Origin: an uncultured Nitrososphaerota archaeon
GTDB lineage: Archaea > Thermoproteota > EX4484-205 > JAAOZP01
Assembly: GCA_964416155.1 (NCBI GenBank)
Contig: CAYQCW010000003.1
Location: 151,336-215,335 of the forward strand
Length of the DNA stretch: 64,000 bases
Direction of reading: 5' to 3'
In this document: one piece after another, positions 19,754 to 27,930 of the stretch
Layout of the letters: every line of letters starts with the position of its first letter
Position numbering within the stretch: position 1 is the stretch's first letter
Made by a program: the position numbers and the translations under genes
The notes under the pieces: generated by a model
Seen by the model: only the letters and a program-made list of their open reading frames with translations
Databases searched by the model: none
What the model was told of the DNA's origin: nothing

Positions 19754-21079
19754 TTAAACCCAGTTCTTAGCCACGACTTCCACCATCCTATCAGCTAATT
19801 CAGATATTTTAAGCTCTTTCAGACTTGATAATGCTGTTTCCAAAGTATTGTTCAATGGAGAATACCATTTCTCAGGTATTCCTTTAAAGCCAACCATGGC
19901 TCCAACTATGGATCCTACTGACGCACCATTGCAGTCTGTGTCGAGACCGCTAGACACGCTTAAACAGACAGATTTCCCGAAGTCTCTCTCGCCATAGAGA
20001 AGGGACAGGACAACTATAACTGAATTGTTTATCGTGTGAACTGGGTGATAATGCCCATATTTCAACATAGCCTCCTCGTAGGCTTTGTCAAAGTCTCCAT
20101 GCTTCCTCCAAAGGTCGACGCAGTGTCTGACTGCCTCAGCCAACCTGCTTCCCCGAGGTATGCACGAGAGCCCCTTCTTCACGACTTCCAGCGGGTCTGA
20201 TTCGGCGAAGGCTGATGCAACCATAGCCGCCATTAGCATCTCTCCGTAGATCCCGTTCTTAACGTGAGAGAGCCTAGCATCCTTGTAAGCCATTTCCGCT
20301 GCAGACAATGGTCTTTTCGGGTTTGCATAGCCCCATGGGTCAGCTCTTATTTGAGCCCCTATCCATTCTCTGAAAGGATTCCAGAAGGTTGCTGTCTCAG
20401 GAGGCTTAAGGCCAAGAGTGAGGTTCCTGTAAGCCTCCCTCTCAGCAGTGTAGGTAAGATTAAAAGGCAATCTGTTCAACCATTCTTCAGCAATATCTTC
20501 TGTTGTGAAGCTGAAGCCTTTCCTTTCCAGAAGGAGCAGGCCCAGAATGGTGTAGTCCAAGTCGTCGTCCCTCAGAGCCTTGCTCAAGTTGTCACGAAAC
20601 ACACCCACCTCGTAATATTTTTGAGGATCCCTCTCAGCACGAGGTACAAGCTCAGGGATATAGTAGTCAAGCGGATAACATCCCGCCTTCTTAAGGTACT
20701 CTTCTACCCTATTCTTAGGCCAGCCTTCCACAGGCTTTCCAAGCATGTTTCCCGCAATTCTTCCAAACCATGCTCCCCGCATCCTGTCTCGGAGCTCATG
20801 CCTACTTATCCACGCCTCCTCATCCTTAGGCGGGTTCGCACACCTCCTTATTTCCTCAAGGCAGTCTGGCTCAGCATACGGCCAACCGGCCAGAGTGGGC
20901 GAGGACAATATCTCCCCGTAAAGGTCATCCAGCTCCCTGTGACCAGCCTTCAACTCGTCGAGCAAGGCTACCTTCTCCCTGTATTTTTCTACGTCCTTTC
21001 CTTCTTCTGCCGCCTGAATAAGCTCAAACCTCAGGAGATCTATCTTCCTGCGAACCGTTAACATGTATCGGTAATCCAA
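19754..21079 (-). CDS. ADP-ribosylglycohydrolase (ARH/DraG) family protein
   Basis: N-terminal GAWFGRIAGNMLGKPVE. C-terminal SxxSGLDTDCNGASVGSIVGAMVG binuclear-metal motif. Confidence 0.8.
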   Translation of the reverse strand: MDYRYMLTVRRKIDLLRFELIQAAEEGKDVEKYREKVALLDELKAGHRELDDLYGEILSSPTLAGWPYAEPDCLEEIRRCANPPKDEEAWISRHELRDRMRGAWFGRIAGNMLGKPVEGWPKNRVEEYLKKAGCYPLDYYIPELVPRAERDPQKYYEVGVFRDNLSKALRDDDLDYTILGLLLLERKGFSFTTEDIAEEWLNRLPFNLTYTAEREAYRNLTLGLKPPETATFWNPFREWIGAQIRADPWGYANPKRPLSAAEMAYKDARLSHVKNGIYGEMLMAAMVASAFAESDPLEVVKKGLSCIPRGSRLAEAVRHCVDLWRKHGDFDKAYEEAMLKYGHYHPVHTINNSVIVVLSLLYGERDFGKSVCLSVSSGLDTDCNGASVGSIVGAMVGFKGIPEKWYSPLNNTLETALSSLKELKISELADRMVEVVAKNWV

Positions 21080-21133
21080 GGAAAAACAGTTAAAGTTTTC
21101 GAATGTTCGGGAGCCCTTTCCTCAGAAATTTTT

Positions 21134-21385
21134 CTATGCTAACCCGTTCTTTTTAACCCGAACTCTAATCTTCCCCGGCTTATACTCCTTAAAGTTTAAA
21201 ATCTCAATGCTCACGTCGATGAACCTCTGAAGCCCATATATGAAGTCTTCAAGATAATCGTAGACTCCACAGGTCTTGCAGAAAGTCCCTTCGAAATCGA
21301 TGGTAAGCCTGGCCTTGGCCTCCGGGCTCCTATACATGTTATACTCGTCTACAGCTCTCAAAACCGCTTCCTCAAGTTTCTTCAT
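21134..21385 (-). CDS. Hypothetical small protein
   Basis: 83-aa ORF with no recognisable motif. Confidence 0.3.
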   Translation of the reverse strand: MKKLEEAVLRAVDEYNMYRSPEAKARLTIDFEGTFCKTCGVYDYLEDFIYGLQRFIDVSIEILNFKEYKPGKIRVRVKKNGLA

Positions 21386-21518
21386 TCAAGCCATATGCAA
21401 ACATAACAGGTTTATAAGTTTGTTCCAGTACCGAGTCGAGCACTACTGTTAAGCTTATTCCAATATTCATCTAGTGGCTTGTCTAAAGGGTTAAATTCCC
21501 GTATACCCTAACAGGCTT

Positions 21519-21857
21519 GTGAAAAGGAAGGTTGTTGACCGAGGACTTGTTTACGAGCTGCTTAAGAAGGTTCCAAAGGGGAGGGTTATCACATACGGGG
21601 CGTTGGCTAGGGCTGTTGGGCATCCTGATTCCGCAAGGGCTATTGGAGCTTTAATGAGAAGCAACCCCTATGCGCCGACTGTACCGTGTCACAGAGTCGT
21701 GTACAGTGATGGAAGACTTGGTGGCTACGGAGGCATGAAAGGAGTAGGGAAGAAAGCCAGAATGCTGGCTAGAGAAGGGGTTAAGGTTAAGAATGGCAGG
21801 ATAGTTGATTTCGAAAAACATTATTTTGAGATCAGCCCTCAAACTCTATCTCCTTAA
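21519..21857 (+). CDS. ogt: Methylated-DNA-protein-cysteine methyltransferase, DNA-binding-domain-only form (Ogt/MGMT family)
   Basis: Active-site PCHRVV motif and the HTH of the MGMT C-terminal domain. GTG start. Confidence 0.75.
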   Translation: MKRKVVDRGLVYELLKKVPKGRVITYGALARAVGHPDSARAIGALMRSNPYAPTVPCHRVVYSDGRLGGYGGMKGVGKKARMLAREGVKVKNGRIVDFEKHYFEISPQTLSP

Positions 21858-21926
21858 CCCATTTGACCCATGCTTAGTCTCCTATTCTTTTCCTTAAGGT
21901 CAGAAGCCCCGCCCTCAGGGGGGTGA

Positions 21927-22157
21927 CTATACCCTAGCCGGCTCATGCCAGTTTCTAAATCCGCTATAAGGAAATCCTCCAGTTACCGCAGTGCTCAACC
22001 CATGTTTTTCTACGCATCGCCAAACTGGGCAGACATCCAGCCTCATCCCCCTCAGGAAGAAGGGTTTCCCATTTGTCTCTACGCAGCCAACGCACTCTTT
22101 TCCACGGCTCTTACAAGCTTTGCAGTAAGCACCACACGGAGGAATGAAGTTCCCCAT
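21927..22157 (-). CDS. Cys-rich small protein (DUF3795-like C-x3-C-x2-C metal-binding motif)
   Basis: 76 aa. CGAYCKACK...CVGC...C..C pattern. Confidence 0.4.
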   Translation of the reverse strand: MGNFIPPCGAYCKACKSRGKECVGCVETNGKPFFLRGMRLDVCPVWRCVEKHGLSTAVTGGFPYSGFRNWHEPARV

Positions 22158-22275
22158 TATGATTCTGGTCTCTCATCAGTATTTATTACTTTAGGCAAAG
22201 AGAGAAAGTGTACAAAACGCTTTCATAATATTACTACTCTTCTGAGCATAAAACCTTTAAACCAAATATTAGAAA

Positions 22276-22743
22276 TTGACAAATGAGAAATACATGAAGA
22301 AGGAGGATGCTGAAGCTGCTTACGAGCAGTTAAGGCAGGAACTAGGAGATGAAAAAGCTGAAAAAGAGGTTGAGAATGCTCGCAAATATCTTGAGAAGCA
22401 TGCTCGAGGCTTGGGCGTAAGCGTGTCTTGGGAGGATGCGGTTCTATACTTAATAGTGGAAAGAGCGAGGATTAAGAAGGATGCTGGGAAAACGGGTATT
22501 GATATTTTCGTTAAACATTCTGGAAAACATTGGAGGATCTACTACTATCCCATAGGATCATTTGAAGACGACTTGCCTATGTTTGGCAAATTTCTAGAGG
22601 AAGTTAGGGAGAGAGGCGAGGAGGTTTCAGCCATAATTCCGAACATGGGATCGGTCCCCACAAGCATTGTCCTAGGGACTAGTTTCCAAGGGGTTAAGGG
22701 ATTTGCAGTAATAACTAGGATGACTGAAGAGGCTGAAGGATGA
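22276..22743 (+). CDS. Hypothetical protein
   Basis: 155-aa ORF with good coding periodicity. No motif recognised. Confidence 0.4.
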   Translation: MTNEKYMKKEDAEAAYEQLRQELGDEKAEKEVENARKYLEKHARGLGVSVSWEDAVLYLIVERARIKKDAGKTGIDIFVKHSGKHWRIYYYPIGSFEDDLPMFGKFLEEVRERGEEVSAIIPNMGSVPTSIVLGTSFQGVKGFAVITRMTEEAEG

Positions 22744-22791
22744 GTCAGCGGTTCGGGGTCCCTAAGTTTAAAATAAATACTCCTTCAGAGA

Positions 22792-23928
22792 ATGTTTAGA
22801 GGGAAGCAGTTGGGAAGGTGTTTGATTTGTGGAGACGAGTCCCCTTTAATAGCCGGCCAGCTAGGTGTTTGTCTAAAATGCATAAGAAGAACACCGGAGG
22901 AGGCTGTCGAGATAGCTAAGCGTGTTCACAACGCTACAAGAAGGGTCTTCGGGCTTCCGCCGACCCCCCCTAAGGACCCTGATGGTTTAGCCTGCGGCGT
23001 CTGCGCTAACGATTGCAGAATCAAGCCGGGGAAGAAAGGGTTCTGCGGGCTAGTTTTGAATTCCAACGGCCGTTTAACTAGGCTCGGCGGAACGCAGGAG
23101 AGAGGACTATTAGAATGGTATTATGATCCTCTTCCAACTAACTGTGTCGCATGGTGGTTCTGCCCAGGCTGCACAGGCGCAGGCTACCCTAAGTATGCCT
23201 ACAAGCCGGGTGTCGAGGAGGGATTTTCGAATCTCGCCGTGTTCTATGGGAGCTGTAGTTTTGACTGTCTTTTCTGCCAGAACTGGCATTTCAGGCAGAT
23301 GTCTCAAAGCCTGAGGCCCCTTGTAAGCTCTGAGGAGCTCGCTTCTAAGGTTGACCGGAGTGTTTCATGCGTCTGCTTTTTTGGGGGAGACCCTTCCACG
23401 CAGATGATGCATGCCCTTGAAACCAGCCGGATTACCCTTCAAAGGTCTGAGGAAGAGAAACGTATACTTAGAATATGCTGGGAGACTAATGGAAACATGT
23501 CCAAGGCTTTCGCCTTGAAGGTGGCTGAGCTTTCTCTTAAGAGCGGCGGCGTTGTGAAGTTCGATCTTAAAGTGTGGGATGAAACCCTTAGCAGAGTACT
23601 GTGTGGGGTTTCAAACAGGGCTGCGTTTGCTAATTTCAGGGAAATAGGTGAGAGCTTTTTCAAGCAGCGTCCTGAGGTGCCTGTTTTAACTGCCAGCACA
23701 CTCCTTATTCCAGGATATGTTGACGCGGTTGAGGTTGAGGATATCGCCAGATTCATAGCGGAGGTTAACCCTAGGATACCCTACACGCTTCTAGCTTTTT
23801 ACCCTCAGTATATCATGGATGACCTTCCTACGACCAGCCGGAGGCAGGCGCGCGAATGTTACGAGGCGGCTAGAAAACATTTGGAGAAAGTTAGAATAGG
23901 AAACGTGCATCTTCTCTCCGGAGAGTGA
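22792..23928 (+). CDS. Radical SAM enzyme, PflA-like / AmmeMemoRadiSam-system type
   Basis: CSFDCLFCQN radical-SAM cluster motif. Upstream auxiliary Cys motif CGVCANDCRIKPGKKGFCG and an N-terminal zinc ribbon. A GGDP motif is also present. Confidence 0.6.
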   Translation: MFRGKQLGRCLICGDESPLIAGQLGVCLKCIRRTPEEAVEIAKRVHNATRRVFGLPPTPPKDPDGLACGVCANDCRIKPGKKGFCGLVLNSNGRLTRLGGTQERGLLEWYYDPLPTNCVAWWFCPGCTGAGYPKYAYKPGVEEGFSNLAVFYGSCSFDCLFCQNWHFRQMSQSLRPLVSSEELASKVDRSVSCVCFFGGDPSTQMMHALETSRITLQRSEEEKRILRICWETNGNMSKAFALKVAELSLKSGGVVKFDLKVWDETLSRVLCGVSNRAAFANFREIGESFFKQRPEVPVLTASTLLIPGYVDAVEVEDIARFIAEVNPRIPYTLLAFYPQYIMDDLPTTSRRQARECYEAARKHLEKVRIGNVHLLSGE

Positions 23929-23931
23929 TGA

Positions 23932-25224
23932 TTAAGTCCTCTGAAGACTGTAAGATGATAGTTTTTCAACAACCTGCTCGATTCCAAGATCCTCCTGGCT
24001 CCCTGTCTCCATGTTTTTCAAAGCAACAGTGTTAGTCTCAACTTCCCTGCCACCGATTAACGCAACGTATTTTACGTTTCTCTTCGAAGCATAGGAGAGA
24101 GCCTTGCCAACATCTCTTCTAGTGTAGTCAACCAGTGTGGGAACCCTCCTCATCCTCAGCGTGCCTGCAAGCTTCGCTGCAAAAATATCGCCCTCCTTAA
24201 CCATGCTTACAACCATGCATACCAAGTCGTCTCGGGGAACAGTCTTATCTATTGCGAGGCTTAATCGATCTATCCCGGGTGCGCAGCCAACAGCTGGAAC
24301 ATCCCACCCTAAGAGTCCTGCCAGCTTATCGTATCTTCCACCGCCGTTGACAGCGATCTTAAGGTTTTTCACGTAAACCTCAAAGATCATTCCGGTGTAA
24401 TAGTCGAGGCCTCTCGCGAAACCCATGTCGACAAGAAACTCGCCTACCTTGCTGGCTTTAGCAAGCTCTATTATCTCCCTCAGATTCTCCAACTGGTCAA
24501 CCGCTTCAGGAACCTCTTTCAAAACCTCGCTTGCTCTTCTAAAAGCTTCATCCGGATTCCTGCTTTTAATCTCCCAGAGACTCCTAATAATGTTGATGGC
24601 CTCCCTGCCTTTCTGGAGAGAGCCAAGTATTTCAAAGGCCTCGGTAAGCCTTTCCTTGTCTATTAAGCCTAGAACCCTGTCCTGAACGCCCTCCTCGATG
24701 CTAAAATGGGTTAATGCTGCTCTTAAAACGCCTTCATGCCCTATCTTTATGTAGTAATCCTTTATCCCGAGGCCTTCCATCAGCCTTGAAGAGATTTCAA
24801 GAATCTCTGCATCCGCCAGTGGGTTCTTAGCCCCAAATATTTCGAAACCTCCCTGCTTAAACTCCCTGTATCTACCGTATTGTGGTTCATCATATCTGAA
24901 CGCGTTCAACACGTAGCCTATTTTTATCGGAAGCGGGGTGCTACGCAACTCCTGTACCACAAGCTTCACTATGGATGCTGTTGCCTCAGGCCTTAAAACG
25001 ACCTCCCTGCCCCCGAGATCCGTGAACCTGTACATTCTGTGTCTAATCTCCTCTCCGGATTTCAGCTCGAAGAGCTCCAAGGGTTCTATTGTGGGTGTTT
25101 CAACCTCTTGGAACCCGTATATTTTGAAAAGCCTTCTTATCTCGCTCTCAATCTTGTTCAACTTCGCCTTTTCATCCGGCAGCAGGTTTCGCATTCCTCT
25201 AAGAGTAAGATTTTCTCCCCTCAT
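23932..25224 (-). CDS. hisS: Histidyl-tRNA synthetase
   Basis: Class II motifs, N-terminal RGMRNLLP. 430 aa. Confidence 0.85.
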   Translation of the reverse strand: MRGENLTLRGMRNLLPDEKAKLNKIESEIRRLFKIYGFQEVETPTIEPLELFELKSGEEIRHRMYRFTDLGGREVVLRPEATASIVKLVVQELRSTPLPIKIGYVLNAFRYDEPQYGRYREFKQGGFEIFGAKNPLADAEILEISSRLMEGLGIKDYYIKIGHEGVLRAALTHFSIEEGVQDRVLGLIDKERLTEAFEILGSLQKGREAINIIRSLWEIKSRNPDEAFRRASEVLKEVPEAVDQLENLREIIELAKASKVGEFLVDMGFARGLDYYTGMIFEVYVKNLKIAVNGGGRYDKLAGLLGWDVPAVGCAPGIDRLSLAIDKTVPRDDLVCMVVSMVKEGDIFAAKLAGTLRMRRVPTLVDYTRRDVGKALSYASKRNVKYVALIGGREVETNTVALKNMETGSQEDLGIEQVVEKLSSYSLQRT

Positions 25225-25823
25225 TGTTCTCTTCTAGTCTCTTTCCCAAGAAGGAGGGAGGAGAGCATGTAATAAACTATTTCGCTTCTCCTGTCAACGG
25301 TCGCGATTATCAGTGTCTTCCTAAGAGAGTAGGAGTGTCTTAGAATATTGTAGAGCTTCGTGACGGGGAGGGGTGTTCCTTCAGCAACCCCGTATACAAG
25401 GTATTTCGCAGGCTTCGAACCATAGTCGCCGGCCTCATAAACCTTGAAATCTATGTCGAAGCCGTAGCCGTCTTTAACAACATATCCTTTGTCCCTCAGA
25501 TCCTTGTATATTAAGTATCTCAACCATATCTTACTATCGGTCTTTTCCAGAATCTTAAGGTACTGGTTAAACATCACCTGTTTAGACCCATGGTACAATA
25601 CGAGCTTATTCTGGCTCATAAGGTAGAGGGCTTCAAAGGGACGGAGCACTAAAAAATCTTCCCTAAACTTGAAACCATAGCCTTTAGAATCAAGCCACCC
25701 TGCAGCCTCCCTGTCAGTAACATGCACTTCGTCGCGGCTTTTCTTAGCCACGATTGGAAATTCGGGTTCTTTACTTGTCTCCATGCTCATTAAGTCCACC
25801 GGCTGCTCCATAAAGTAGTTCAA
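25221..25823 (-). CDS. endA: tRNA-splicing endonuclease catalytic subunit
   Basis: Conserved YxxLRxKGYVVKxGxxFGxDFxVY catalytic-domain motif. ~180-200 aa. The start probably lies at an internal Met, given the overlap with the upstream gene. Confidence 0.8.
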   Translation of the reverse strand: MNYFMEQPVDLMSMETSKEPEFPIVAKKSRDEVHVTDREAAGWLDSKGYGFKFREDFLVLRPFEALYLMSQNKLVLYHGSKQVMFNQYLKILEKTDSKIWLRYLIYKDLRDKGYVVKDGYGFDIDFKVYEAGDYGSKPAKYLVYGVAEGTPLPVTKLYNILRHSYSLRKTLIIATVDRRSEIVYYMLSSLLLGKETRREQ

Positions 25824-26853
25824 CTATTTCGAACGCTGTGAAGGAAGCCTTGACCTTCTCGTTAATAAAGAATTCCGTAACCTTCTCGGTTAAAACGGTT
25901 TCGTCAAGCTCTTTACCCTCCAGCATTTTCTCGAAATCTCTAAGTTTCTCAGAAGGTTCGAACATAAAGCTCCCGGATATGCTGATCTTCTCTAGAGTCC
26001 TATCTTTAATTTTAAGCCTCATCCTTAGAAAACCATTCATCAATCTTTTAGAAAAAAGAAGGGCACCCTTCTCCCTCAACAACGCGGAATGCTTCAGTTG
26101 AACACTCTCAGAAACACGGTTGTTCTTAAGCATGTCTCTATACTTCCAGAAAAACTTCTTTTCCCTAAGCCCCAGCTTAAAATCTTTTATTTTAAAGCCT
26201 AGATCATCCATCAAAACTGTCTTAACTGATTCTAAAAACGCATCTGCAGAAACCTGTTTCTCTAAAACCTGATCTAACCCTATATAGTTCTCCTTAAGCT
26301 TGCCAACTCTTTCTTTAATCAGCCGTTCTTTAGGGAATTTTAAGCCAGCCATTTCCTCATAATTTCTCTTCAAATAGATGAATGCGAACCAGCTTGAAAA
26401 CCCGTTCTTCTCCACATGTATTACTTCTCCTAGAACCTTATTGAAACACAGTATGTATTCATTTGTAATATGAATGTTCGACACACCGTTTCTCTTCAAG
26501 ATAAAGCTTATCAGGGAAACGTAGGTCTCTCTGTACTTCTCTTCCATGGGCACTATCAACGCGACCCCAACCTGGTTTTCATCATGGAGCATCACGTCTC
26601 CTCCGTGAAGCCTGAAGAAGTACTTCAAACCTCTTTTACGTATGAAGCCTGTTAGAAAATCTTCGTCAGCAACCTGGAAACATCCTAGGCTTACAACTTT
26701 ACCCTTATTGCTATGCAGGATGACGAGCGGGTATTCCGGTGGCTTGGGCCTGCTGGAAAGCGCTTCGAAACCGGATAACGCTTCCTCAATCCTCCTATTC
26801 TTAAGAGTTAGAACCTTAGCCTCGAGGGTTGTCTGCGGGTTCGACTGGATCAA
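25771..26853 (-). CDS. Lipoate/biotin protein ligase (BPL/LPL) family protein
   Basis: N-terminal BPL/LPL catalytic-domain layout (LVILHSN..GKVVSLGCFQ). 360 aa. Confidence 0.45.
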   Translation of the reverse strand: MIQSNPQTTLEAKVLTLKNRRIEEALSGFEALSSRPKPPEYPLVILHSNKGKVVSLGCFQVADEDFLTGFIRKRGLKYFFRLHGGDVMLHDENQVGVALIVPMEEKYRETYVSLISFILKRNGVSNIHITNEYILCFNKVLGEVIHVEKNGFSSWFAFIYLKRNYEEMAGLKFPKERLIKERVGKLKENYIGLDQVLEKQVSADAFLESVKTVLMDDLGFKIKDFKLGLREKKFFWKYRDMLKNNRVSESVQLKHSALLREKGALLFSKRLMNGFLRMRLKIKDRTLEKISISGSFMFEPSEKLRDFEKMLEGKELDETVLTEKVTEFFINEKVKASFTAFEIVELLYGAAGGLNEHGDK

Positions 26854-26857
26854 CCTC

Positions 26858-27622
26858 CTACTTCCTCTGCTCCACTTCCAAAGGCCTCGGATTTATCTCT
26901 GTGAAAACGTATATTGGCGCGTTCGTCCTCTTCTGAAGCTTTTCCCTCCAATCTTTACCGGTTGCAATAAGGATGAAAATGCCCACTATATTAGCCTTAG
27001 CCTTCTCGATAAGCCTTATTAAAGCAACATCTGTCTCACCCGTTCTTATAGCATCATCCACTATCAGGACGTTGTCATCCTTCTTCAAAGCGCTTTTTGG
27101 AATATATAGAGAGCTTACTACAGCAGAGCTGCCTATGACGTAGGTGGCTTCAAGGAAATCCTTCACCCCAACCTCCTTATACCTTTTAGCTATCACAAGG
27201 TCAGCGTCAAGCTCCTCAGCCACGAACGACGCTAAGGGAATGCCGTCCACGGCAGTAGTCATAACCTTGTCTATCTTTCTCCCCATGAAAGGAATCACAG
27301 CCTTATGGCTGATAAGCCTCAGAAGGTTCACATCCCATATTACTCGTGAAGAGTCGAAGTAGCCGGATTCGTCTAGAACAAGCCTGCTTGAAATAATTTC
27401 CTCAAGCGGAATTTTCTCTGTGAGAGTACGGTAAAGCTCATCAGCCCTCTCATCCGAGGGCAGCACATTCCCGTTAACATACCTTGCTAGAACCGTGATA
27501 GGCAGGCCGGTGAGCTGCGAAAGCTCGTTATAAGTATACCTGTCTTTGACCACTTTAAGCAGGTGAATCACGTTTATCTTCTTTTTAACCTGCTCCATCC
27601 GCGACCTGCTCATGACCGACAT
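26858..27622 (-). CDS. HTH-phosphoribosyltransferase fusion regulator (GfcR/PurR-like)
   Basis: N-terminal HTH (YTYNELSQLTGLPITVLARYV) and C-terminal PRPP-binding motif VLIVDDAIRTGET. Confidence 0.65.
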   Translation of the reverse strand: MSVMSRSRMEQVKKKINVIHLLKVVKDRYTYNELSQLTGLPITVLARYVNGNVLPSDERADELYRTLTEKIPLEEIISSRLVLDESGYFDSSRVIWDVNLLRLISHKAVIPFMGRKIDKVMTTAVDGIPLASFVAEELDADLVIAKRYKEVGVKDFLEATYVIGSSAVVSSLYIPKSALKKDDNVLIVDDAIRTGETDVALIRLIEKAKANIVGIFILIATGKDWREKLQKRTNAPIYVFTEINPRPLEVEQRK

Positions 27623-27769
27623 ATGCCCGCAGCCTAAGTATTTAGCATTTTCATGTAAAAAGCTTCACTGTCAACATTAGAAACTCCCTTTAAACGCTAA
27701 AGGAATGGGGGAAGCATAAAAACCGGGGAACCACAATATAGCCTGCTCTTGAAACTCCAGGGGTTGAAA

Positions 27770-27882
27770 CGGGCCCGCTGGGATTTGAACCCAGATCATT
27801 ACAGCTCTCCCACATTCGTCCCACTATGATAGAGGGCTCGGCCTTTCAGTCTGCCGCCATATCCAGGTTAGGCGACGGGCCC
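27770..27882 (-). tRNA. tRNA-Arg-like paralogue carrying a ~36-nt insertion in the anticodon region; anticodon not resolvable
   Basis: The 5' 30 nt and 3' 40 nt are identical to tRNA-Arg(CCT) at 5899..5974. Between GGCAG and AGCTGT, 43 nt replace the usual 7. A naive fold gives loop CTGAAA with an A31:G39 mismatch. Confidence 0.55.
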
Positions 27883-27930
27883 GATTGTTTTTGTTTAAGG
27901 GGTGGGTTAAAAATGTTAACGGTTTTGTTT

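Noticed and set aside
20264-21061. 265-aa plus-strand ORF
   Set aside because: Antisense to the ADP-ribosylglycohydrolase gene, which has clear family motifs.
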